From the IMG/VR virus record IMGVR_UViG_3300021963_000083, positions 20,656 through 84,655 of that record: a stretch of DNA of 64,000 bases. One strand, 5' to 3'. The stretch is from a virus. This document shows positions 49,592 through 57,695 of this stretch, piece after piece. A model generated the notes under the pieces. That model made no database searches and was not told where the DNA came from. It saw nothing but the letters and a program-made list of their open reading frames with translations. The translations under genes and the position numbers were made by a program. How positions within the stretch are numbered: position 1 is the first letter of the stretch; each line of letters begins with the position of its first letter.

Positions 49592-50382
49592 TACTCCCTT
49601 CCAACATAGTTAAAGTATCCTTTCTCTATTCCTTGTTTTATTAATTGTAAAACTGCTTCTTCAATGGCCATCTTTACGGCCATAGTATTTGCTTCATTTT
49701 CAGTCATGCCTACTTCGGCCTCGACTAACTTTGTGCCTACATCTACAAACTTAAATAGTGACAAGTCCCTTCCGACGGACAATACCGTTTTAGAAACCTG
49801 TACATTAAGAATTACTTCTCCCGTGTTAGTGTTAACGGCACGTAACGCTACTACCACTTGATCCTTTCTATACATGGTTGTGCCACCAATGCCTAAGTAC
49901 CTAGCACCAGCACCTCCGGTTTGTATATTGGTGTCATATCCTATGATGCCTCCCTGAATGATAAGGCCTGCGAATAACATTGGTTCGAGTTTATTTACAC
50001 CCTCACCTAAATACTCTTCTCGAGTTTGGCGAACAATTTGACGCTCCTTTGCAAGATCATCAACTCTATTACGCTCCACTACCCTAAACCACGTTCCCCC
50101 ACCAGCATCTTTTAATGCTGCAATAAGGAGTGAAGTTCCTCCTTGAGTTACTGCGGTTGAAAGATCTGCTCCGGCTGCCGAAGCTTTACGCTGACCAGTT
50201 AGGTCTGGAAAATCATATACTGCAACAACAGCTTGTCTTTCTGGGGGAGGTAGACTTCGCAAGTCTTTAGACTGCGTATTTACTACGGCTGCCTTTTCCC
50301 TGATGTCAAGAATTCCGGTCCCGGTGGACACACAGCCGCCTAATAACAGGGGCGCTAGCAAGACTACGTACTTCATTACCAT
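49591..50382 (-). CDS. csgG: Curli secretion outer-membrane lipoprotein pore CsgG
   Basis: Lipobox LLGGC; AVYDF.D.TGQ.K, STAVTQG, WF.VVER, KERQI.R, GGIIGYDTN..TGG.GARYLGIG. Confidence 0.93.
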   Translation of the reverse strand: MVMKYVVLLAPLLLGGCVSTGTGILDIREKAAVVNTQSKDLRSLPPPERQAVVAVYDFPDLTGQRKASAAGADLSTAVTQGGTSLLIAALKDAGGGTWFRVVERNRVDDLAKERQIVRQTREEYLGEGVNKLEPMLFAGLIIQGGIIGYDTNIQTGGAGARYLGIGGTTMYRKDQVVVALRAVNTNTGEVILNVQVSKTVLSVGRDLSLFKFVDVGTKLVEAEVGMTENEANTMAVKMAIEEAVLQLIKQGIEKGYFNYVGRE

Positions 50383-50819
50383 TTGAATCCGCTCGTTGGA
50401 ATTATAATTTCTGTTTGATTACCTTGAGCATCAACGATAACCAATTTTATCTCAGTGTCAGTCTTTTCATACTTAATAACATTACCTTCGAGGGTAAATT
50501 CTCCGGATTCTCCACCCATTTCACCAAACAGGTTATTAGTTAACTGTTGAGCTAACTGAGAATATATACGAGATTGTAAGTTGTTTAGAAAGCGATTGAG
50601 AATAGAATTCTTTTCTTCAAGAGCCTGTGCCTTTAGGTCAGCTTCTATCTTATCTTGGATAGCTTTCTTACGTAGAGTTTCTTGGTTTTCAATGGTCAAC
50701 CATTGCGCTCCGGCATTGTTACCCGAGAAAGATGGATTCTTGAATTGAAATACTATATCACTTGCATGTGCAGGAGTGCTTACTAAGAGTAGTGACAGTA
50801 TGATTATTCTTTTCGGCAT
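50376..50819 (-). CDS. csgF: Curli assembly component CsgF
   Basis: Signal peptide AHA/S then FQFKNPSFSGN (E. coli CsgF FQFRNPNFGGN); F...LQSRI.SQL. Confidence 0.88.
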   Translation of the reverse strand: MPKRIIILSLLLVSTPAHASDIVFQFKNPSFSGNNAGAQWLTIENQETLRKKAIQDKIEADLKAQALEEKNSILNRFLNNLQSRIYSQLAQQLTNNLFGEMGGESGEFTLEGNVIKYEKTDTEIKLVIVDAQGNQTEIIIPTSGFKW

Positions 50820-50829
50820 TTGTTCTCCC

Positions 50830-51132
50830 TTAGTTACTATCTTGTTTTTTAGTGATTTTGTTGATCTCTTTCTCTGCCTCTAGTCTTTCGTGTTCGATTG
50901 ATTTACCGCGCAAATAGAGTACAGTATCTACTTTTTGCTTTAAACGAATTAAATCGTTGTCAAGCATACGAATACGATCAATTAATCCAATTAATGTAGA
51001 GTTTGCTTGGCTCAACACTGGATCGACTTCCTCAGTTGCCCACTGCCAAACATAAAATACAAAGTATCCCATACCGGCGGCGGCAATGACTGGGAAACCA
51101 TACTCACTGATTAGTGCACCAATATCTCCCAT
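50830..51132 (-). CDS. Small membrane protein (one TM + coiled coil; YvrJ/BhlA-like)
   Basis: GFPVIAAAGMGYFVF then L.DRIRMLDND.IR; paralog of upstream gene. Confidence 0.65.
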   Translation of the reverse strand: MGDIGALISEYGFPVIAAAGMGYFVFYVWQWATEEVDPVLSQANSTLIGLIDRIRMLDNDLIRLKQKVDTVLYLRGKSIEHERLEAEKEINKITKKQDSN

Positions 51133-51413
51133 TAATCTTTCCTAGCGTCATCTTTGCCGTCTGCTCTAGAAATACGGTCAATGTCAGGTCTAAGACCTAG
51201 TGCATTGGATACAACTGTATCAATACGTATAACGTCGTGATTCATAGTTTTAACACGATTGTCTAGTCCCGTAATGATGCCCTTCATGCCACTGATACTG
51301 CTAGTGACACCAGCAAGGATGAACTTAAGTGTTAAAAACACGAAATACCCAGCAGCTAATGCCGCGGCAATAGGAAATCCTACGTCGGCTATAAGTTTAA
51401 AGAACTCTTCCAA
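51132..51413 (-). CDS. Small membrane protein (one TM + coiled coil; YvrJ/BhlA-like)
   Basis: GFPIAAALAAGYFVF then LDNRVKTMNHD.IR; TTG start after GGAG. Confidence 0.65.
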   Translation of the reverse strand: MEEFFKLIADVGFPIAAALAAGYFVFLTLKFILAGVTSSISGMKGIITGLDNRVKTMNHDVIRIDTVVSNALGLRPDIDRISRADGKDDARKD

Positions 51414-51526
51414 CTTTTAGCTCCACGACTAATTTTATAGTCCCTTGGGTATGTAACCCACTTGTTAACATACCATAGAGAATATGTTAACCTATTTATT
51501 AAATTTCATTTAATTTAAACCTTAGA

Positions 51527-52717
51527 TTAGAGTTGAGCAGCAAATTTACGGGTAAGAGATTTTCTTTCCTCTAGGCCAATTGTACCACCATTAATTTTTT
51601 TAGTCAAAGCCAGGATAACCGCATCACTAACTCCTAGATCACATACTGACCATAGTTTGTTGCGTTCGAAGAAGAATAGCGCTGACTCAAAGGCTAGTTC
51701 TCCTGCTACTAGATCTGGATTATCCATAATCTCTGGGCGACCGCAGAATTTTGCAAATGCGGTATAATTATCTTTTCCGGTTAACTGAAGAGCGCCGCGT
51801 CCACGATACTTGTATCCGTCTCCAGAAGACTCAGGACCATTACCCATTCTATTGGCATATACTTTATTAGCAATCTTTTCTGGATTACGAGCATAGCCTG
51901 CTGTAGAAGCAATAGTTGGGAAGTACTTGCGGAAAGTACTATTTAATCCTTTATCTGAATAGTTTAGGTTTTCTGAGAAAGCCTTGAAATGTCCACTTTC
52001 GTGACAGGTCTGAGCAAAGAAGTGAGCCGCTCTAGCAGGAGTCATTTTGAAATGGGCCATCGCCGCTTTCATAGTTCCTGGGCCAAAAGCTCCGTCTGCT
52101 GTTACACCACATTTTTCTTGTAGTGCTGCAATAGGATTCTTTGATTTAACGGCTGTGGCTACTGCAGCTACTGCTACTGTTGCCGCTACAGGCGCTGCTG
52201 ACATGACCTTATCTTTTAGTTCCAAAGGAACGGTGGAAGGGTCGAAGTCCGCGACTGGCGTATAAACGGTGCCGCCTTTTGCTGATTTAGTAGCAATTAG
52301 GCGCTGTCCTCTATTATTACCATTGCGCTTTAAAGAGGCATGAACCCATCCTGAGTTAGCTCCTTCTTTAGCGCTATAAAATTCTAAGATGACCTGGTCG
52401 AATACTAAATGATCCGCTACCCAGTCTGCTAGCTCTTTATTGGAGATACCAGGTACCTCGAAGTCAATAGCCTCACCATTACAGTGCTGCGAAGTCTTTG
52501 AACCCTTAACCTTAGCATTTACGGCTGGAGACCTGTAACAAGAATTTACTTTTACTGGCTTTCCGTAGTGTGAACGAACCTTCTCAAGAATATTTTCACA
52601 TACGTGTCTCATATTCTCAATATGTTCTTGAGTTGGCATATTGGAAAGTCCTAGCTTCTTAGCCGTAGGAGATGCAGTTAGCTCTTCTAGGGTAAAATGT
52701 TCCGTAATTTTGGTCAT
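51527..52717 (-). CDS. Bifunctional endolysin: Peptidase M15 + PG-binding segment + GH19 glycosidase
   Basis: HF.L.E...S, YRSP.VN..V.GS.TSQH..G.A.D, WVH; ADG.FGPGT; F.AQ..HES..F....ENLNYS, YRGRG..QLTG..NY, INGG..GL..R. Confidence 0.9.
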   Translation of the reverse strand: MTKITEHFTLEELTASPTAKKLGLSNMPTQEHIENMRHVCENILEKVRSHYGKPVKVNSCYRSPAVNAKVKGSKTSQHCNGEAIDFEVPGISNKELADWVADHLVFDQVILEFYSAKEGANSGWVHASLKRNGNNRGQRLIATKSAKGGTVYTPVADFDPSTVPLELKDKVMSAAPVAATVAVAAVATAVKSKNPIAALQEKCGVTADGAFGPGTMKAAMAHFKMTPARAAHFFAQTCHESGHFKAFSENLNYSDKGLNSTFRKYFPTIASTAGYARNPEKIANKVYANRMGNGPESSGDGYKYRGRGALQLTGKDNYTAFAKFCGRPEIMDNPDLVAGELAFESALFFFERNKLWSVCDLGVSDAVILALTKKINGGTIGLEERKSLTRKFAAQL

Positions 52718-52989
52718 TACTTCACCTTTTTAGCTAGTTTAGTTACCTGAGTCGCTGTCTTCTTTAGCTCGGTCTTAGCAATGGTTAAATCAGCTACATC
52801 TACTTTACCATCCTTATTAAGGTCTAGTGCGAGTTGTGCGTCTTTAACATCTAGCTTGCCGTCTTTATTGAAGTCTAGCATTTCTTTAGCTTGTGCTTCG
52901 AATGAGCCGTTTAATTTATTTCCTAGTGCGATGCCTACTAAAATACCGGCTAGAAACGCTAGGACTGCTGCTATAATAATTGTTGTCAT
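52717..52989 (-). CDS. Membrane-anchored protein with two EF-hand/dockerin-like loops
   Basis: N-terminal TM; DFNKDGKLDVKD and DLNKDGKVDVAD. Confidence 0.65.
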   Translation of the reverse strand: MTTIIIAAVLAFLAGILVGIALGNKLNGSFEAQAKEMLDFNKDGKLDVKDAQLALDLNKDGKVDVADLTIAKTELKKTATQVTKLAKKVK

Positions 52990-52999
52990 TTATATCTCC

Positions 53000-53365
53000 T
53001 TAGAACGGACCGTGGTCTTCGTCATCATCGTCTTGTGTTATTTCTACGGCATCAGGGAGTGCAGGCATCTTAAAATCTGCGTAATTAGTTGTTCCCATCT
53101 GTTGCTGCTTGATATTTGGATCGAAAGTTTCAGTCTTCATACCCATCATAGTAGCAAAGGAGCCTACAAACGCACCTATAACCATACTAAATGCTGGACC
53201 TATAATTTTAAAGATCTCGTTGTTGTCTATCATCGCGTTAGGTAGAAATAATCCTACTAGTAGAACCAGGACAACGCCAAGCATTACGGAAGCTAAAGTC
53301 ACCGCCATCAGCCATAGAACACGAAGCTGTACGACCACTTTTGTGTCTTCTATACTCTGCGACAC
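53000..53365 (-). CDS. Two-TM membrane protein (holin/antiholin candidate)
   Basis: Two hydrophobic helices flanking IDNNEIFKIIGPAF; GTG 53365 after GGAG; acidic tail. Confidence 0.6.
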   Translation of the reverse strand: MSQSIEDTKVVVQLRVLWLMAVTLASVMLGVVLVLLVGLFLPNAMIDNNEIFKIIGPAFSMVIGAFVGSFATMMGMKTETFDPNIKQQQMGTTNYADFKMPALPDAVEITQDDDDEDHGPF

Positions 53366-53369
53366 AGGC

Positions 53370-53531
53370 TTACTCCGGAAGAACAACAGTTTCTTCCTCT
53401 ACGGGTGCTTCTACTACTGCCGGTACTTCTTCTACCACTGCAGGTGCTTCTTGGGCTAAAGGCACTTTATAGACTAGCTTGTCGCCTTCGTATCCCATTT
53501 TTTGATTACGCTTAATATATTCAATAACCAT
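53370..53531 (-). CDS. 53-aa acidic P/V/E-rich protein (absent from ORF track)
   Basis: MVIEYIKRNQKMGYEGDKLVYKVPLAQEAPAVVEEVPAVVEAPVEEETVVLPE; fills the gap between neighbours exactly. Confidence 0.55.
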   Translation of the reverse strand: MVIEYIKRNQKMGYEGDKLVYKVPLAQEAPAVVEEVPAVVEAPVEEETVVLPE

Positions 53532-54174
53532 TGTTTAGGTATCCTGTAACACTCTTTGCTAATACGGAAGTTCTACGAAGAGTAACCTCATCAGCTGTCG
53601 TGTTGCTTTCTGAAAACCCAACGACCATTATGCCGATAGGATAGTTCAGTAAATTTACTAGTGGACATACCACTGCTTTGTTTAACTTGTGCGCTTTGAA
53701 ATATCTACGAGTAGAAGTATCTACTGGTGAATACAGCACTATACACTCCGGTTTGTCTATACGTTGCCAAACCTGACGTAAGCTTCTATTCATAGCTGAG
53801 ATGGGTTCATCTATATCGGGCTCGTGCCCATCATCATCCGAGGGATCTACATAATAAGTTGTTGAGACATTAGTAAAAGGTATCCCTGTTAAATCATGTC
53901 GCCCATTATGAAATTGCTTAATAATAACATTATCAGCTTTCGTATATACCCTAAGGTCTTCTATGCTTTTATTTATAATGTCTGTACTATGCAATTGAGC
54001 TTTGAATCTTGCTGCTTGTTGGTCGGGTGTAACTACTAAGCTCTGTATCGTGTTATAGCTCTTCACGCCTACATAAGAGGCAAAGACTATAAATACAGCC
54101 ACCATAGTAGCTACTGGCTTCGCGGACAGGGAATCTATAAGTGCTTTGACAGCCTTACTTAGATCCTTTATCAT
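53521..54174 (-). CDS. Single-TM protein with GAF-like C-terminal domain; T4 T/T5-type holin candidate
   Basis: 217 aa, one N-proximal TM, A.NV.I.QFHNG, AVVCP......PIG..VVGF GAF-like ending; heads the lysis cluster. Confidence 0.6.
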   Translation of the reverse strand: MIKDLSKAVKALIDSLSAKPVATMVAVFIVFASYVGVKSYNTIQSLVVTPDQQAARFKAQLHSTDIINKSIEDLRVYTKADNVIIKQFHNGRHDLTGIPFTNVSTTYYVDPSDDDGHEPDIDEPISAMNRSLRQVWQRIDKPECIVLYSPVDTSTRRYFKAHKLNKAVVCPLVNLLNYPIGIMVVGFSESNTTADEVTLRRTSVLAKSVTGYLNNGY

Positions 54175-54583
54175 TTGTTAATAGTTTTTCCATCAACTGT
54201 CCATAGTTTCCTTGGCCAAAGTTAGCAATATTAACTGTGGGGCCACCATTTCCATTCTCCTGCTTCAGCTCGTCCATTCTTATCTTATGAGCAAACTGTA
54301 ACAGCTCTAGTAAGTCCTTCGAGGTATACATACCGGACTCTTCTGCTTCTTCAAGTTTAGCGTCAATCATCCGGTCGAGAACCTGTCCCAACTTATGTCT
54401 ATTTCTAAAGCCCCTATCAAGATAGACGCCCGTTATATAGTCTTTAACATCCTTGCGCTCTAATAGCTGAATAACTTGATATTCAGGAACTTGAAGCTGG
54501 TTAGCCGTTTCCTGTGCGGAACCATATTCAAGATAGGCGTTTGCAATGTCAAGACATTCTGGAGTAAGTGCGATTTGTGTCAT
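54155..54583 (-). CDS. terS: Terminase small subunit (T5-like)
   Basis: PE.L.IANAYL..G, V..YI..V.LD.G.RNR, KLEEAEES..Y.SKD, NYG.LM.KL. Confidence 0.85.
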   Translation of the reverse strand: MTQIALTPECLDIANAYLEYGSAQETANQLQVPEYQVIQLLERKDVKDYITGVYLDRGFRNRHKLGQVLDRMIDAKLEEAEESGMYTSKDLLELLQFAHKIRMDELKQENGNGGPTVNIANFGQGNYGQLMEKLLTNDKGSK

Positions 54584-54590
54584 AATGTGC

Positions 54591-54619
54591 ATTATAACAG
54601 CAAGGGGATTGTGGGTCAA
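54591..54619 (-). promoter_or_regulatory. Late promoter for terS/lysis/curli operon (probably leaderless)
   Basis: Minus strand TTGACC-17-TATAAT, then 7 nt to the terS ATG. Confidence 0.75.
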
Positions 54620-54708
54620 GCTATTTTTAGGCTAGGTGCCGGTATAGGCGATTCAACTCGCAAAATATTTATCTTGACTTTCGTTCGTGGATGATGTATA
54701 TTAACAAA

Positions 54709-54834
54709 ATGGAAATAGAAACATTAAAGAGCATTTCAGAGGCATTGCTGCCGCTGGACGATATTAACGAGCAGTGGGAGCAATCCTGGAAAGCAATAGA
54801 GGAGTTTTTAGATGAACTACATATTAGCAGGTAA
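54709..54834 (+). CDS. 41-aa acidic peptide
   Basis: MEIETLKSISEALLPLDDINEQWEQSWKAIEEFLDELHISR; 6 nt after TTGACT-17-TATATT (54674-54702). Confidence 0.5.
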   Translation: MEIETLKSISEALLPLDDINEQWEQSWKAIEEFLDELHISR

Positions 54835-54946
54835 TCGTCCAGGCTGGAGTCTAGAAGGTCTGAGAAGAGAAGATAGAGGTGAATACAGCTTCTTTTATAG
54901 GGGCGACAAGTGTGTACGAGTAATCGCGACCTGGCTACTCGCCTAA
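54812..54946 (+). CDS. 44-aa hypothetical protein
   Basis: GAGGAG RBS then MNYILAGNRPGWSLEG... Confidence 0.45.
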   Translation: MNYILAGNRPGWSLEGLRREDRGEYSFFYRGDKCVRVIATWLLA

Positions 54947-54990
54947 TGTTTGGTTTCCGCGACGCGATTTTTTAAAATGGAGAAAAGTTT

Positions 54991-55407
54991 ATGTTAGAAT
55001 GTTTAATTTTGGGCGACTCGATTGCAGTCGGTACAAAAATGTTCGCCCCTCAGGAGTGCGTCTCCTATGCTAAGGGCGGATTTAACTCTTGGCAGTGGAA
55101 TCGGCGTTGGGGTACGAGTCCTGTCGAGGCTAAAACGGTGGTGATTAGTTTGGGAGCGAATGATCACGCGGGTGTGAAGACGGAAGCGGAGCTGCTGAAG
55201 CTTCGTAAGCGAATTCGGGCGTCTAGAGTGGTGTGGATTATGCCTCCTTGTAACGCGAGATTCTGTAAGTTGGGCGTAAATACGGTGGTTCGTAGCGTGG
55301 CGGTGAGCTACGGGGACAGAACGATCTCGACGAGTTACTTGCAACCGGATAAAATCCACCCTAGCTGGCGTGGATATAAAGAATTGGTGAGGTTGGCTGG
55401 TATTTAG
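54991..55407 (+). CDS. SGNH/GDSL hydrolase
   Basis: ILGDSIA, G block, SLGAND, DKIHP. Confidence 0.85.
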   Translation: MLECLILGDSIAVGTKMFAPQECVSYAKGGFNSWQWNRRWGTSPVEAKTVVISLGANDHAGVKTEAELLKLRKRIRASRVVWIMPPCNARFCKLGVNTVVRSVAVSYGDRTISTSYLQPDKIHPSWRGYKELVRLAGI

Positions 55408-55607
55408 CACCTTAGTCGGTGTTTTTACCCAAAGTGGTACGTGCGGAGTAGTCTGAGCGTGTTAGGAATCAACTAGTCTAACAACCCCCATACCATACCC
55501 GCCCCCTCCTGTCAAGCATTATTTTTATTTTATTTTTTTTATTTTTTATATTGACAAGGCAAGCGGTCATTGGTATAAGGGTGCATCAAGACAGAAGGAC
55601 TAAGACT

Positions 55608-55790
55608 ATGGTTGAATATGTTGTTTCTCTTATCGTTTACTTTGCATCTATCGCTGGCGTGTTTGTGTGCTTGTGGGGCATGGTTCAGATGCGGGATGAC
55701 CGCAAGATGGTTTGGTTTTTTACTCTGACCTCATTTGTTTTTATGTTTACAATGTGGCTTGGCGTTACTATGTTTCAGAATATGGCATAA
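55608..55790 (+). CDS. 60-aa two-TM pre-early membrane protein
   Basis: Promoter TTGACA(55551)-17-TATAAG, AAGGA RBS, two hydrophobic helices. Confidence 0.6.
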   Translation: MVEYVVSLIVYFASIAGVFVCLWGMVQMRDDRKMVWFFTLTSFVFMFTMWLGVTMFQNMA

Positions 55791-55795
55791 GGAAA

Positions 55796-55999
55796 ATGGA
55801 CATGGAATTTGAATCTTGGCTTGCCGCCGTTGACAAGGCTTTCAATCGCATTACTGGCATGAGCCGCGATTGTTGGCCTGACCAAGATTATTGGTCAATG
55901 TATGATGCAGGCGACACGCCAACGGAAGCGGCCATTGCCGCAATCGAAAATGAATATGGCGAGGAAGGCTTAGAAGCCTTCGGCCTTCAACTAGCATAG
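55796..55999 (+). CDS. Small acidic pre-early protein
   Basis: MDMEFESWLAAVD...PD.DY...YD.G.TP..AA. Confidence 0.6.
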   Translation: MDMEFESWLAAVDKAFNRITGMSRDCWPDQDYWSMYDAGDTPTEAAIAAIENEYGEEGLEAFGLQLA

Positions 56000-56012
56000 A
56001 AGGGAAAGAATA

Positions 56013-56153
56013 ATGGTTACGCCAATACAAGCGGCCCCAATGGGCAAGACCTATCGCGTATCATCCGAAAGCGCATGGCCCTTGCGAGGACTGGACGGCA
56101 AGACCTTTGCCGAACGGCGCAAAGAAAAAGACAATGGCCCTAGCAAAAGCTAG
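56013..56153 (+). CDS. 46-aa hypothetical pre-early protein
   Basis: MVTPIQAAPMGKTYRVSSESAWPLRGLDGKTFAERRKE...; purine-rich RBS; hairpin at its end. Confidence 0.45.
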   Translation: MVTPIQAAPMGKTYRVSSESAWPLRGLDGKTFAERRKEKDNGPSKS

Positions 56154-56309
56154 GGCCTATTGGCGCCAAAAATTTTGCACGCTACCTTAAATGTAGCACG
56201 TGCGACTAGGGCCTGTCAATAGCATTTATTTTTTATTTTTGCGATTTTTTCTGTTGACACTATGGCAAGGCATTGGTAAAAGAGTGCATCAAGACGGAAG
56301 GAAAAACAA

Positions 56310-56792
56310 ATGGCTTATGTAATTTTTGACCTCGACGGCACTGTGATTGATTCGACGCATCGCCAAGCGACTAAGGCTGATGGCTCGCTTGACCTTGACC
56401 ATTGGATTGAGCGCAACAAGCCAGAAATGATTATGCGCGATTCGCTTTTGCCATTGTCTCGCGTTATGCGTATCATCAAAGCAAACGGCCATAAGGTTAT
56501 CGTTTGCACTGCCCGCTCTTATCAAATTGCTGATGAGGAATTTTTGGCAATGCATGGCCTTGACTATGACGTTTATTTGTCACGCGCTGCTAAAGGCGAT
56601 ATGCGTGACGATGCCAGCCTTAAGGTTCAATTGCTTAATGATTACTTCACTGGCCTAGGCTTTCGGTCGGTTGAAGCTGCCAAGCCAATGATGTTTGACG
56701 ATAACCTAAAGGTTATTGATGCAATGATTGCAATTGGCGTAACTTGCTATGATGCAAAATATGCTAACCACCGCCTTGCAAAGCGCGCTTAA
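56310..56792 (+). CDS. HAD-superfamily phosphatase (T5 Dmp / PNK-phosphatase-like)
   Basis: FDLDGT, CTAR, K, FDDN..V motifs; own promoter and terminator (56795-56830). Confidence 0.85.
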   Translation: MAYVIFDLDGTVIDSTHRQATKADGSLDLDHWIERNKPEMIMRDSLLPLSRVMRIIKANGHKVIVCTARSYQIADEEFLAMHGLDYDVYLSRAAKGDMRDDASLKVQLLNDYFTGLGFRSVEAAKPMMFDDNLKVIDAMIAIGVTCYDAKYANHRLAKRA

Positions 56793-57096
56793 GGAATAGG
56801 CGGGAGCAATCCCGCCTATTTTTTTTTTATTTTTCCTATTGACAAGGCCAGGCCCACTATGGTATAATGGGCTGATGCCCAAAATTCGCGCCAAAAGCGC
56901 CGAAAATTTTGCCCGCTACTACCATTATAGCACGCGCGGCTGGGTGCTGTCAATAGGGAAAATGAAAAAATGCGATGAACGGTTCGTCGCATTTTTTGGC
57001 GTTTGGTGTTTTTTTCTCTTGCAAGCTTTGCCGATTGCGTCTAATAATGGTTCATCAAGAGGGGATGGGCCTCTCCTGATAACGAAAGAAAATTTT

Positions 57097-57408
57097 ATGA
57101 CTAAGGTTGTTGAAAAGAATTACTCTGAAGCCCAAGAATCGGCTTTGCTTGCGGCTGGCGTTATTGATAACGCAAAGGCTTTGGAATTTGCCGAAAAATT
57201 CGGCAAGGATGTTCGCTCGATTCGCGCTAAGGCGGTTCGCATGGGCATTTATAAGGCACAGCCCAAGGTTTCCAAGACTGGCGGTAAAATCGAATCCAAG
57301 GAAGCGATTGCTGCCGATATTTCGGAAATCATTGGCAAGAGCCTTGAAGGTCTGGAAAAGGCCCCTAAGCTGGTTCTGCAAATTTTGCGGGAAAAGCTTT
57401 CGGCTTAA
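57097..57408 (+). CDS. A2: T5 A2/D3-like DNA-binding protein, copy 1
   Basis: NYSE.QE ... GK.VRSIRAK.VR.G.Y...K..K.G...K..I..DI...L.GLEKAPK. Confidence 0.7.
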   Translation: MTKVVEKNYSEAQESALLAAGVIDNAKALEFAEKFGKDVRSIRAKAVRMGIYKAQPKVSKTGGKIESKEAIAADISEIIGKSLEGLEKAPKLVLQILREKLSA

Positions 57409-57695
57409 CCGATAAAATCTAAAGCCTAACGGCGGGGAGAAATCCCCGCCATTTTTTTTTGTTTTTTGCAATTTTTCCTATTGACAAGGCCCGACCAATA
57501 TGGTATAATGGGGTGATGCGCTGAAGGCGCCAAAGCACCGATAGGTGCGCCGAAATTATACCAGATTTCCGCGTGCCTGTCAAGCAAAAAAATTCGATTG
57601 AACAAACTTTTTTAATCGGTTTTTTCCATCAATAAATCGCTTGCAATAGGGGCAGGGATTGGCTATAAAGAGGCATGGAAACGAAAGGAAACGAA

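Noticed and set aside
45843-51413. Host contamination or misassembly as the source of the curli/cyclase block
   Set aside because: Genes abut phage genes in the same orientation with similar AT-rich style and no mobile-element scars; read mapping would be the final check
56839-57096. N-terminal extensions of ORF-track calls starting at TTG (also 9491, 43794, 54619, 55551, 59860, 62062)
   Set aside because: The TTG is usually the first triplet of a -35 box; better starts with RBS or homology lie downstream
57650-57657. KOPS octamer GGGCAGGG pointing toward the dif-like sites
   Set aside because: Single occurrence inside a promoter spacer; no visible enrichment, so not evidence for FtsK loading
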